Shown here piece by piece: positions 34,727 through 43,939 of a stretch of 44,982 nt of DNA. The DNA is from a virus, in the UHGV virus genome UHGV-0308808. The stretch is one strand, 5' to 3'. Every line of letters begins with the position of its first letter. The first letter of the stretch is position 1. A program made the translations under genes and the position numbers. Under the pieces are notes generated by a model, which worked only from the letters and a program-made list of their open reading frames with translations, did not search any database and was not told the DNA's origin.

Positions 34727-37700
34727 AACCTCTCCTAAATCTTTCTTTCTCGTATTTATTCATACTTTCTTTAAACCAACGTTCAAAATCTCCTTTATCT
34801 TTTTTCAAAGTTGTTTCTAAACTGTTGCTATCATTAGCATAAATAGTTGGAGAATAAGAAAAAGTAATAGTTGCTGATGAATTGTTATTAGTTGTAGAAG
34901 TAGGTTTATAAGCTCCGAGTAATTTCCCTGTTTTTTCCCATAAGTTTAGGCTTTTAGGAGTTCTTTCGTGGGGAATTATACTTTCAGAACTTCCACCTTC
35001 TCCAATTAAAGCAAGTGTTGGAGAATTAACTACTCCCCCTGTTGCAAATTGTGGAATATTAAATTGTTCTCCAAGCCAGGAAGCTCCATTTTTTATGCTA
35101 TCTGTTATACTAAAATTCTTTATTTTTTCATAAATCTCTAATACTCCATCAAGCATATGTCCTCCTTTTTCCTTTATTCCTTCTATTTTTTTATCTAACC
35201 AATCAAAAGGAATTCCTAATATTGCTAAACTTTTCTCTTTGAATATATTCCACTGCTCAATTGCTCCAGTGACCATATTTACAATTTTATCTTTTAATTC
35301 ACCAGCTTTTAATTTTATAGTATCCCAATTTTCGTATAAAGCTTTTCCACCTTTAATCATATAACCAATAGGACCAAGTAAATACCAATATTTGTCTACT
35401 AATTCAACTACTTTACCTTTGAGCTGAACTGCTTTTTCTTTAACTGTATCCCAATTCTTATAAAGCATATATCCTGCTGCGATTAAAGCGGTTATACCTA
35501 AAATAACCCAAGTGATAGGACTAGCTAAAGCAGCCATACCAAGACTTCCTAACTTAGCTAAACCACCTATTAAAAATTTACCACCATTTAGTATCCCAAG
35601 ACCAATTGTTTTTCCTACTTGAAGTCCAGTACTTCCTAATAGTTTTAAATATTGAATGCTCATTTTAGTGAATTTAACAAGTCCATTACTTACAAGTTTA
35701 CCCCCATTCAATATTCCACTTCCTATTACTTTTCCTACTTGAAGCCCAGCACTTCCTAAATTTTTAAATTGTTGTGTTATTGTTTTAGCAGCTCTTATAG
35801 TTTTAAGTCCTAATTCTTTTTCAGTTGCTAATCCTACTAAATTAACAATACCAGCATAGCCGTGTAATAACCCACCTATAAGTTTTAAAGCCCCTCCAAA
35901 CCCATACAAAGCTCCAGTTCCATAAACAAAGAGTTTTACCATTCTTTTAAATCCTTCTGGATCTTCTTTCATTATTTTTAAAAGTTTTTCTAAAAAAGCT
36001 TTGAGATATGTAGCTCCTTCTTTTACAAGAGGTAACAATTCTGTTCCTAGGTCTGCTTTGATTACATCAAATTCTGTCTTTAAAACCTGTAGTTGATTAG
36101 CAGCTGTATTTTTTTGAATTTCAGCTTCTTTATTAGTTGCTCCAGAATAAATATTAGAGTCTTTTGCTAAATTTATATTTCTTTTTAATCTATCAAAAGC
36201 TCCCATTATATTAGCAGCAGCTACTTTCCCCTCTTCTCCAAAAAGCATAGTCATAACTGCCCCTTGTTCATGTTCTTTTAACTTACTTAACTTAAAAAAT
36301 ACAGTTTCTAATGCTTTTTCTGGGTCCTCTAATGTAGCTTTTGCCAAATAGTCTGGGTCTAATCCTAGTATATTTAATGCTTCTTTTTCACTTCCTGTTG
36401 CTGCCATACCTTTATTTAAAATAGTTAACAGTCTTTTTGCCCCTGTTGCTGCTATTTCAGGTGCCATTCCCATTTCCATTAAAGAAGCTCCAAGAGCTGC
36501 TGTTTGATTAGTAGTCATTCCTACTACAGTTGGAAGGTTTCCCATTCTTGTTATAAATTCTGCTATTTTAATTTCACTAGCTCCTGTATTATTCCCTAAA
36601 GTATTAATTTGATCTGTTAATTCTTTTAATTGAGTCAGATTCATTTCAAAGGTATTTCTCCAGGCAAACATATACTCAGAAGCTTGTTCTCTGCTCATAT
36701 TAAAAGCCATTCCCATATTGGCAGCAGCTTCTATATAGTCTACTGCTTCATCTTTATTCAAACCACTTTGACCAGCATTAGCAGCCATGCCATATAATTC
36801 CTCTAAGGAAACTGCTATCCTTTTTTCTGCAACAAGTTTTAATAAATCTTCTTTGAATTTAGCTTCTTCTTCAGCCGTTTCAAAATCAAATTGCTTTTTT
36901 ACTCCTGCAAAAGCTGTTTCTGCTCTTATAGCTTCCGAAAGTGCTCCAGCTCCAGCAACAGTTGCAACACCAGCAGCTTTTAAAGGTAAATTTCCATAAG
37001 ATGCTATTTTACTACCTTTTTCTTTTATAGCATTAGCTTTTTGGTAGTGTTCTAAAGCTTTATTATATGCATTTGCCTTTTTTTCAAGTTCTTCATAAGA
37101 TTTTGCTGTATCTTTAATTGAAATACTTTGTTCTTTTAATTGTTTTGTAGTTTCTCTAATTTCATTTATATTTTTCTTTTGTTTTTCTCTTAGAGATTGA
37201 ATTTTATTTTCTAAATTAAGCTGTTGTTTTCCTAGATTAGTACTTTCTTTTGAATTAGAAGAAAGTTCTTTCCCAACTTCATTCAATCTTTTTTTTAAAG
37301 GAGTTAATTCGTTAGTAATTCCTTTAGTTTCTTTTTGTAGTTTTCGATACTCTTCTTGTAACTTTTTGTTATCTCCCTTCCCTTCTTTCATTTCAATTGC
37401 AACCATTGCCATTCTATCTTTTAAAAGTTTTTCTTTAGAAGAGAGTTGATTGATCTCTTTTTCTAAAAGTTTATAAGTAGATCCAAGAGTTCTTCCCTCT
37501 TTATCTACCTCTAATAATCTATTTTTTAATTTAACCAATTCCTTTTGGGAATAAATTATTTCACTCCTAGTTTCTTTTCTAATAAGCTGCATATTTTCAT
37601 ATTTCTTTAAATCTCTTTGAGTTTTTTTTAAATCCGAGGTCTTATTTTTTAATTGATCCATCAAAGTTCCAGCACTTTTAATATTTTTACTAAAACTTGT

Positions 37701-37775
37701 AGATAATGCAGCTCCTATCCCAATAGATATTGCCAGTTCCTTTAATGCCATTTTTCCTCCAAATAAAAAAGCCAC
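34716..37775 (-). CDS. tail tape measure protein
   Basis: 1019 aa. The N-terminus has a long coiled coil (KE repeats). The mid-region has Gly/Ala-rich hydrophobic repeats (LGSTGLQVGKTIG). The position is right for a tape measure. Confidence 0.8.
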   Translation of the reverse strand: MAFLFGGKMALKELAISIGIGAALSTSFSKNIKSAGTLMDQLKNKTSDLKKTQRDLKKYENMQLIRKETRSEIIYSQKELVKLKNRLLEVDKEGRTLGSTYKLLEKEINQLSSKEKLLKDRMAMVAIEMKEGKGDNKKLQEEYRKLQKETKGITNELTPLKKRLNEVGKELSSNSKESTNLGKQQLNLENKIQSLREKQKKNINEIRETTKQLKEQSISIKDTAKSYEELEKKANAYNKALEHYQKANAIKEKGSKIASYGNLPLKAAGVATVAGAGALSEAIRAETAFAGVKKQFDFETAEEEAKFKEDLLKLVAEKRIAVSLEELYGMAANAGQSGLNKDEAVDYIEAAANMGMAFNMSREQASEYMFAWRNTFEMNLTQLKELTDQINTLGNNTGASEIKIAEFITRMGNLPTVVGMTTNQTAALGASLMEMGMAPEIAATGAKRLLTILNKGMAATGSEKEALNILGLDPDYLAKATLEDPEKALETVFFKLSKLKEHEQGAVMTMLFGEEGKVAAANIMGAFDRLKRNINLAKDSNIYSGATNKEAEIQKNTAANQLQVLKTEFDVIKADLGTELLPLVKEGATYLKAFLEKLLKIMKEDPEGFKRMVKLFVYGTGALYGFGGALKLIGGLLHGYAGIVNLVGLATEKELGLKTIRAAKTITQQFKNLGSAGLQVGKVIGSGILNGGKLVSNGLVKFTKMSIQYLKLLGSTGLQVGKTIGLGILNGGKFLIGGLAKLGSLGMAALASPITWVILGITALIAAGYMLYKNWDTVKEKAVQLKGKVVELVDKYWYLLGPIGYMIKGGKALYENWDTIKLKAGELKDKIVNMVTGAIEQWNIFKEKSLAILGIPFDWLDKKIEGIKEKGGHMLDGVLEIYEKIKNFSITDSIKNGASWLGEQFNIPQFATGGVVNSPTLALIGEGGSSESIIPHERTPKSLNLWEKTGKLLGAYKPTSTTNNNSSATITFSYSPTIYANDSNSLETTLKKDKGDFERWFKESMNKYEKERFRRGYGR

Positions 37776-37813
37776 TTACTCATTTCTGAATAAGTGGCTT
37801 TTGATACCTAATT

Positions 37814-38152
37814 TTAAATTATTTTTGATAGTATACATCCAATTATTATGGATAGAATCAATGTAATAACTACCCAATAAAAAGTTCCTATTATAGCTAG
37901 AATAATGCAAATCAAAACAGCTACAACCCAAAATATTTTTGGAATAAATACTATAAATTTCTCAAGAAGTGTCAATTTAACTTTTTTATTTCCAGCTAAG
38001 TATTCATCAATTCTTTTAGAGGATTCATAGGTTTCCTTTTCTATTCTGTCTTTAGCTTTGGCAGAGTTTTCCTTATATTCCAAAGAAATTTGTTTTATAT
38101 CTGTTTTTACTCTTCTCCATTCTTCTTTTAAGCTATTTACCATACCATCCAC
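37814..38152 (-). CDS. membrane protein (N-terminal coiled coil, C-terminal TM helices)
   Basis: 112-aa ORF between the chaperone and the tape measure gene. Confidence 0.35.
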   Translation of the reverse strand: MDGMVNSLKEEWRRVKTDIKQISLEYKENSAKAKDRIEKETYESSKRIDEYLAGNKKVKLTLLEKFIVFIPKIFWVVAVLICIILAIIGTFYWVVITLILSIIIGCILSKII

Positions 38153-38267
38153 CTCTTACTATGATTATACTGTATAAACATAATAAGAGCAACCACTTAT
38201 TTATTTTTTTCATCTAGTATTTCATTAATAGTTTCTAGCCATTCAGCCCACTCATAAACTGGGAGAT

Positions 38268-38651
38268 CTAGCCAATATTCGAGGCTTGTTCTTGTTTCTT
38301 TAGCGATAATAACTCCGACTTTTCTGATATCAGATCCGTTAAGATTTCCCAGTCCAAGCCATCTAAGAAACCCTTGACTACCCCCACAATTTTTAAGAAG
38401 TCATCTCCAGGTAATCCTGATAACTCATTATATCTACACCCTATTATTCTAGCTGCTATATATCCTTGATAAGATTTTAAATTTTCAAATGGGACATTAC
38501 CAGGAAGTCCAAGTCCTTCATTCAATAAGAATTCTCTTTCTGCTTCTAATACGGCTCTTGCAGTAAAATTCTCTTTAGTTATATTTACTTCCTCTATTCT
38601 TTTCTCTGAACCATCAAAATTTTTAATAATAATTGGTTTACTTAATTTCAT
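38268..38651 (-). CDS. tail assembly chaperone-like protein
   Basis: 127 aa, between the tube and tape measure genes (the gpE/gpG position). Confidence 0.35.
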   Translation of the reverse strand: MKLSKPIIIKNFDGSEKRIEEVNITKENFTARAVLEAEREFLLNEGLGLPGNVPFENLKSYQGYIAARIIGCRYNELSGLPGDDFLKIVGVVKGFLDGLDWEILTDLISEKSELLSLKKQEQASNIG

Positions 38652-38660
38652 TTGTCCCCC

Positions 38661-39179
38661 TTACATTCCCATAGCAGCTTTTATATCCGCTAAATAATCT
38701 ACTCCATTTATTTTGCAAATCATATTTAATTTATCTATTTCAAGTACTTCTTTTCCATCATACTCAATTTTTAAATAATCAACAGCAAATTCTTTTTTAC
38801 TATCCATAGCTTTTCCAACTGATACCTTTCCTAAAGACATTGTTTTTGGAATCCCTCTTGCAAAAACACTTAATCTTCCTTGCTCAATTTTCCCAGCTGT
38901 CTTATCTAAAGATTGTATTCCAGCTTTTATTTCTAGGTTATAAGCTCTTGGTTGAAGAAGTGTAAAATCTTCTCCTATCAAAGCCCTTATATTCAATCCT
39001 AAAGTTAAAGGAGAGGTATGTCCTGCAGTTATTGATTCAATCTCTCCTGCAATTCCAGCTCCTGAAATTGTTTCTGTCATAAATTGTAACTCTGGTAGAT
39101 CAACATCTACTAAAGCAGTTTGTGTTCTACTACCATCAGTATATAGCATATAGTTACTTAGTTTTTCTGGTATAAGCAT
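38661..39179 (-). CDS. tail tube protein
   Basis: 172 aa, immediately downstream of the sheath gene. Confidence 0.6.
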   Translation of the reverse strand: MLIPEKLSNYMLYTDGSRTQTALVDVDLPELQFMTETISGAGIAGEIESITAGHTSPLTLGLNIRALIGEDFTLLQPRAYNLEIKAGIQSLDKTAGKIEQGRLSVFARGIPKTMSLGKVSVGKAMDSKKEFAVDYLKIEYDGKEVLEIDKLNMICKINGVDYLADIKAAMGM

Positions 39180-39203
39180 TATTTATCACTCCTCAAATTG
39201 TTT

Positions 39204-40622
39204 TTAAGCTGAAAATAGATTATTATAATAGTTTGTATCTATTTCACAATCAAACTCAGCATATTCCATAGGTAATGCTGGACTAAAATAAATTTTAAAT
39301 TTTACTTTTCCATCTAATAATGATGTTATAGGGTTATCCTCTTCTCTGAACTCTATTCTTCCACCTATTAGCATTCCAGAGGCTTGTAAACCATTCAACC
39401 ATATATTTATACTATCTTTAAAGTTCTTTATGAGATTATTATTTGTAGGTTTATCTATTTTATCCCAGAAGTTTGTAATTAAAGTATTATTCAAGAAATT
39501 AAACATCATTCTTGAAGCTATAAAATTATCTTTAGCATCCATCACTGCTGGATAGCATCCTGTTCTATTCCCCCAAGCTTTCCATCCACCTATCCAGTTA
39601 ATAACTGTTCCTATTCCATTACCATTAAGATAATTTGCCTGATTAATAGCTAATAAAACATCTGTGCCATTTGCTAGACAAGTTCTATCAGCTTTTATAT
39701 TAATATTTGATGGAGAACGATAAGGTACACCATTAGACTCAGATGCTAATTGTTGAATTAAACAAGCTATTTGAGTAGAAATATGGTATTGTAATTCACC
39801 AAGTGCCACTTTAGGATAATATACTGCTAAATTAGTTGAACTTAGATTATTAGTTTCTTTAGTAGCAGGAGCTTCTGTATATTTAGTAATTGTTTTAGTG
39901 TCTATATCTACTAAAGCCAATGCTTTAAAATGTCCATTTATCAATTTCGCTTTTGTTTCCATGACAGCAGCAACTGTGCTATCAGTAGAATATTTTGGAG
40001 CTAGTACTAAGTTTGGAACTAATCTAGTTACTGGGAATACATCTTCTATACATTCCAATCCTTTATTTCTACCTGTTCCTGCATCTATTCCCCCAATGAT
40101 ATCATCAGCTTCTATCATGCTTGGGTCTAATTTATCAAAAGCTATTTGAATATTATTTCCTTCTGGCAATTCTTCAGCAGTTATTATTAAGTCAACATAT
40201 CCATCATCATCAAAAGTTGCTATAAACTCCTTTTCTGGAGTTAATTGGATAGTTTCTTTTATAATCCCTAGTTCTTTTATTTTTATAGTTTTATCCTCTC
40301 CAATTGGTACACTATCTTGAGTTACACTTTTCTTATGTGTTCCAGGGTCAAGGACATTTATAAGTACAATAGGTGCTACTCCAAATTTGCTAAAATGTGC
40401 ATCTATGGCTTCACACAAAGTGTAATTCTCAAAGTCTTTTACATATCCAAATGCAGCTATTGCTTCAGCATAAGTATTACATAAAACTACTTTATTTATA
40501 TTTTTTTCTTCACATAAATTTATAGGAGCTGTTCCTACATAAACAGGTGTTATCCCATCAACTTTTATTGCTGTTATAGCTGTAGGTGTCTCTGTAGTTC
40601 CTATTCCATGTTTAAATGCCAT
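39204..40622 (-). CDS. tail sheath protein
   Basis: 472 aa. The N-terminus is MAFKHGIGTTE. Confidence 0.75.
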   Translation of the reverse strand: MAFKHGIGTTETPTAITAIKVDGITPVYVGTAPINLCEEKNINKVVLCNTYAEAIAAFGYVKDFENYTLCEAIDAHFSKFGVAPIVLINVLDPGTHKKSVTQDSVPIGEDKTIKIKELGIIKETIQLTPEKEFIATFDDDGYVDLIITAEELPEGNNIQIAFDKLDPSMIEADDIIGGIDAGTGRNKGLECIEDVFPVTRLVPNLVLAPKYSTDSTVAAVMETKAKLINGHFKALALVDIDTKTITKYTEAPATKETNNLSSTNLAVYYPKVALGELQYHISTQIACLIQQLASESNGVPYRSPSNINIKADRTCLANGTDVLLAINQANYLNGNGIGTVINWIGGWKAWGNRTGCYPAVMDAKDNFIASRMMFNFLNNTLITNFWDKIDKPTNNNLIKNFKDSINIWLNGLQASGMLIGGRIEFREEDNPITSLLDGKVKFKIYFSPALPMEYAEFDCEIDTNYYNNLFSA

Positions 40623-40939
40623 TATTTACCTCCTATTTGTTTTAACACTTGACTATATAAGATATTTTCCTTTGTTCCTTTTTGTGCAAATCTTTCTTTT
40701 ACTTTTGGAAAATTTTTATCTATTTTCACAAACAAATTATCTAGTCCTTTAATTTCTGAGATAGCATTTTTTACATTTGAATGCTCTCCCTCGTATATTT
40801 GTCCTGTAATAAGTCCATATTTTTTTAAATTTGGACCCAAATACATCTTTTTTTCAGCTTTTTTTATTACTTTTTTCTCTTCGCTTTTAGTTGTCTTATT
40901 CGCCATTTTTCCCCCAATCTTTTCCGTATATAAAATCAT
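40622..40939 (-). CDS. hypothetical lysine-rich protein. The start is probably the internal ATG (MANKTTK) near 40906.
   Basis: The ORF overlaps the upstream gene if started at 40939. Confidence 0.3.
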   Translation of the reverse strand: MILYTEKIGGKMANKTTKSEEKKVIKKAEKKMYLGPNLKKYGLITGQIYEGEHSNVKNAISEIKGLDNLFVKIDKNFPKVKERFAQKGTKENILYSQVLKQIGGK

Positions 40940-41396
40940 CTACATCTGTTCTGTAAATATTCTTTGTAACTATATGGAAATTTAAGTTTCCTGCCCAGAA
41001 TGGATACATTTCTTCATCAGAAATATTCCATTCATATGTTGGTAATATTTCAAACTCTTGTAGAATTACTCCTTTTTCTATAATAGCAGTAGATATTTTA
41101 TCTATGATTTCATATATTGTTTTATATGCTGTACTAGTTTCAGTTTCATAGATAACTACACTTACAGTTAGTGTTAGTAATTTTTCTAAGAGAGTATTTT
41201 TCCCATTAGGAGTTTTTATAATAACACAAGGGATAATATTTTGTAGTACTTCTCTTGGCTGATTTCCAATAATCACAATCGGAGCTCTTGGCTCACTTTC
41301 ATTTTCACTTTCTGGATGTACATTTAATTTATATTCTTTGGTATTCTCTTTTATTATTGCTTTTAATTCCTCTTCTAAGTCAAATATCTTCATCAT
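40896..41396 (-). CDS. hypothetical head-tail/tail completion protein
   Basis: 166 aa, at the gpU-equivalent position. Confidence 0.35.
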   Translation of the reverse strand: MMKIFDLEEELKAIIKENTKEYKLNVHPESENESEPRAPIVIIGNQPREVLQNIIPCVIIKTPNGKNTLLEKLLTLTVSVVIYETETSTAYKTIYEIIDKISTAIIEKGVILQEFEILPTYEWNISDEEMYPFWAGNLNFHIVTKNIYRTDVDDFIYGKDWGKNGE

Positions 41397-41965
41397 ACAT
41401 GTCCTTTTAAAATTCTATTTATCTCTCTTTCAAGATTTTTTTCTAGGATATCATCCACTTTTCCGCTATTTTTTATATATTCCATAATAGTTTTACTTCC
41501 AAGCATTTGAGGAATGCTTAAAGTTTTCAGTTCTTGAATTTTATTATCTTCTTTTCTCTGAAAGATCCCTTTATGCCCATTCATCATTCTAGCTATGAAT
41601 GGTTGTCCTTTTAAATTCTTTTTACCTTGAACTTTTCTCTTTCCGTCAATTTTTTTTACTAAAACATAAATTTCATCATCATTAGTAGAATTAAGAAATT
41701 TATGTAGTGATAGTAAGGGAGACTTTGCCTTAATATTTCCTCTTAAATTTGTCCATGTAGCTTTTTGAGTAACCATCGCTTTTTCAACATCTGATGCTTT
41801 TATTCCATAATTATCTGTTACTTCTTTTTTTACATCTCTTTTCAAAGTAACTAAGCTTCTGTTAATTGCACTACTTGTAGCTCTCTCTACTCCATTAGGA
41901 ATGCCTTTTAATAATTTTTCTACTTTTGCAAGGTTTCTTATCTCAATAAAATCTTCTCTTGACAT
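41393..41965 (-). CDS. tail completion protein, gpZ-like
   Basis: 190 aa. ERATSSAINRSLVTLKRDVKKEV resembles the lambda Z N-terminus (AAMAINRVASSAISQ...). Position is as in lambda. Confidence 0.4.
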   Translation of the reverse strand: MSREDFIEIRNLAKVEKLLKGIPNGVERATSSAINRSLVTLKRDVKKEVTDNYGIKASDVEKAMVTQKATWTNLRGNIKAKSPLLSLHKFLNSTNDDEIYVLVKKIDGKRKVQGKKNLKGQPFIARMMNGHKGIFQRKEDNKIQELKTLSIPQMLGSKTIMEYIKNSGKVDDILEKNLEREINRILKGHV

Positions 41966-41966
41966 A

Positions 41967-42320
41967 TTAATACCCTCTATTTTCAGATAGTTTTATTATT
42001 CTCATTCCTTCCTCTACATAACTATCATTTATAATATATTGTGAAGAGTTAACAGTAATACTTTTACCAGTTTTAAATTTTTTAAACTCATCTTTTTCTT
42101 TTAAGTAAAGTATAATGGCAATAGCTTCAGCTATTCCATCTTCTACAATTGAAAAATCTTTCTCTGGATGCTCTATTACTGCAGTATACTCTATATCATT
42201 GATAGTTATATTTTCTCCAAATTCATCAATGTTAAGGAAGATATCAATATCTTCCCTTAACATTTTTTTAAATGGAGATAATTCACTACTCCTTTTTTCC
42301 ACCTTTTCCTCTTCCACCAT
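41967..42320 (-). CDS. head-tail connector, FII-like
   Basis: 117 aa, at the FII position after the capsid gene. Confidence 0.35.
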   Translation of the reverse strand: MVEEEKVEKRSSELSPFKKMLREDIDIFLNIDEFGENITINDIEYTAVIEHPEKDFSIVEDGIAEAIAIILYLKEKDEFKKFKTGKSITVNSSQYIINDSYVEEGMRIIKLSENRGY

Positions 42321-42528
42321 TTTTTACCTCTTTTTCTTCATTCTCTTCTGGAACTACTACTTTTGGAATTTCTTCTGTGGTTTTTTCAGTAACTTCCTCA
42401 ATATCATCTTCTAAAATAATAAGAGTTCCTGTTTTAATCACATATTCTTTTTCCTTTTTATCTAAAGAAATTTCAGTAACTTCTCCAATTTTATATTTTC
42501 CATATTTTCTTAAAAATTTTACTTTCAT
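42286..42528 (-). CDS. hypothetical small protein with an acidic/basic tail
   Basis: 80 aa. The RBS AAGGAG lies upstream. Confidence 0.35.
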   Translation of the reverse strand: MKVKFLRKYGKYKIGEVTEISLDKKEKEYVIKTGTLIILEDDIEEVTEKTTEEIPKVVVPEENEEKEVKNGGRGKGGKKE

Positions 42529-42558
42529 GTTCTAACTCCTTTTTCGTAACTTTCGAAA

Positions 42559-43584
42559 TTACTCTGCATCACATACTACAACTGAGAAATAAGCATCCAA
42601 ATCCATTGGTTGTAATACTGGTCTTGATTCAGTAGAAATAATTTTAGATTTTTTATTTGGTGTAGAAACATCACTAAATCTCTGAACTATATGCATGTCT
42701 GTTTCTCCCATATTGATAATTGGTGCATATAATATTTCCCCACCGACAGGAGCTCCTATTATCATATTTGTAGGCATTAATTGAATTGGTTTGCCATCAT
42801 GCCCAATTACTTTTCTTGAATATCTAAATAATTCGACACCATATGTTTTATATGTTCCTAACCACACTACCCCTGGGTATTCTCTAACAACTGTTTTTAC
42901 AAATTCGGATTGTAAATCTTTACTCAACATATCCTTTTTAAATTCAGAAGAGTTCATAAATTTTTCAGCAGCTGCCATTCCCATAACAACATTTCTTATA
43001 ATTATTCCACTCTCTTCAGCTTCTGCTAATATTTTGTCTAAAGATACAAGAGGATTTACTCCAGATTCTCCCCATTTACTTCCCCCAGACAGAGTTGATT
43101 GATTTTCTAATCCATAATCTACTTCATAACTCTCTTCTCCTGTAGTAGAAGTTACTTTCCCTGTTGTTAAAAATTGTGCAACCATTAATTCTTCTTTGTT
43201 TGAAATATATTTTTCCTGGTCAGCTAATATTTCAGCAATTCTTTTTCCTATTCTTTGTGATGGATTATATTCTCCAGTAACATTCATTCCAGCTTCTCTG
43301 ACAAAGTAATCTTTAGGACCTAAAGTTCTCTCAACAGCAATATTAGGTGCTGTAATTAAATTAGTTTTTGTTTTTCTATCTACTATTGGTTTTCCTAGCT
43401 CTAAAGGTGTTACAAATGCAGCTATATGTTCTCCTGATTTAGTAATTTCAAGCATAATCTCTTCAGTTGTAACAGTAGAACTTTTACTAAAAAATAAATC
43501 TTTTAAAAAGTTTTTTCTTATTGGAGCCTGTTCTCTTATTTTTCTTATTGTTTTTGGTGTATATAAATCAAATCCTTGTGGCAT
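42559..43584 (-). CDS. major capsid protein, lambda gpE-like
   Basis: 341 aa. It follows a ~110-aa decoration-like gene and a protease, as the lambda order C-Nu3-D-E. Confidence 0.65.
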   Translation of the reverse strand: MPQGFDLYTPKTIRKIREQAPIRKNFLKDLFFSKSSTVTTEEIMLEITKSGEHIAAFVTPLELGKPIVDRKTKTNLITAPNIAVERTLGPKDYFVREAGMNVTGEYNPSQRIGKRIAEILADQEKYISNKEELMVAQFLTTGKVTSTTGEESYEVDYGLENQSTLSGGSKWGESGVNPLVSLDKILAEAEESGIIIRNVVMGMAAAEKFMNSSEFKKDMLSKDLQSEFVKTVVREYPGVVWLGTYKTYGVELFRYSRKVIGHDGKPIQLMPTNMIIGAPVGGEILYAPIINMGETDMHIVQRFSDVSTPNKKSKIISTESRPVLQPMDLDAYFSVVVCDAE

Positions 43585-43596
43585 TTTTTCCTCCTA

Positions 43597-43929
43597 TTAT
43601 CTTAAAAATATTCCTATTTTTCTTAATTCTTGTTTAAGTTTCAGTTTTTTACCTGCATCTGATGGGAGTAAAACAAAACTTTCCATTAAATATGCTGCCA
43701 ATATACATTCACAATTTACTGGATCACTTGAAAAAGTAACTCCTTGAGTGGCTACTGCATATGGTGTTGTATATGTACTTTCATCATATTTGCCATAATT
43801 ACCTTCAGCATCTACTCCTATTACATCTCCTTCAATTACTGTTGTTTTAAGAGGCAAACTTTGAGCGACTAAGGGATAATCTCCATAGAAAATTTGTTTT
43901 TCCTCATTTGTGAATTTAGTATTATTCAT
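43597..43929 (-). CDS. head decoration protein, gpD-like
   Basis: 110 aa, between the protease/scaffold and the capsid gene. Confidence 0.45.
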   Translation of the reverse strand: MNNTKFTNEEKQIFYGDYPLVAQSLPLKTTVIEGDVIGVDAEGNYGKYDESTYTTPYAVATQGVTFSSDPVNCECILAAYLMESFVLLPSDAGKKLKLKQELRKIGIFLR

Positions 43930-43939
43930 TTTAAACCTC

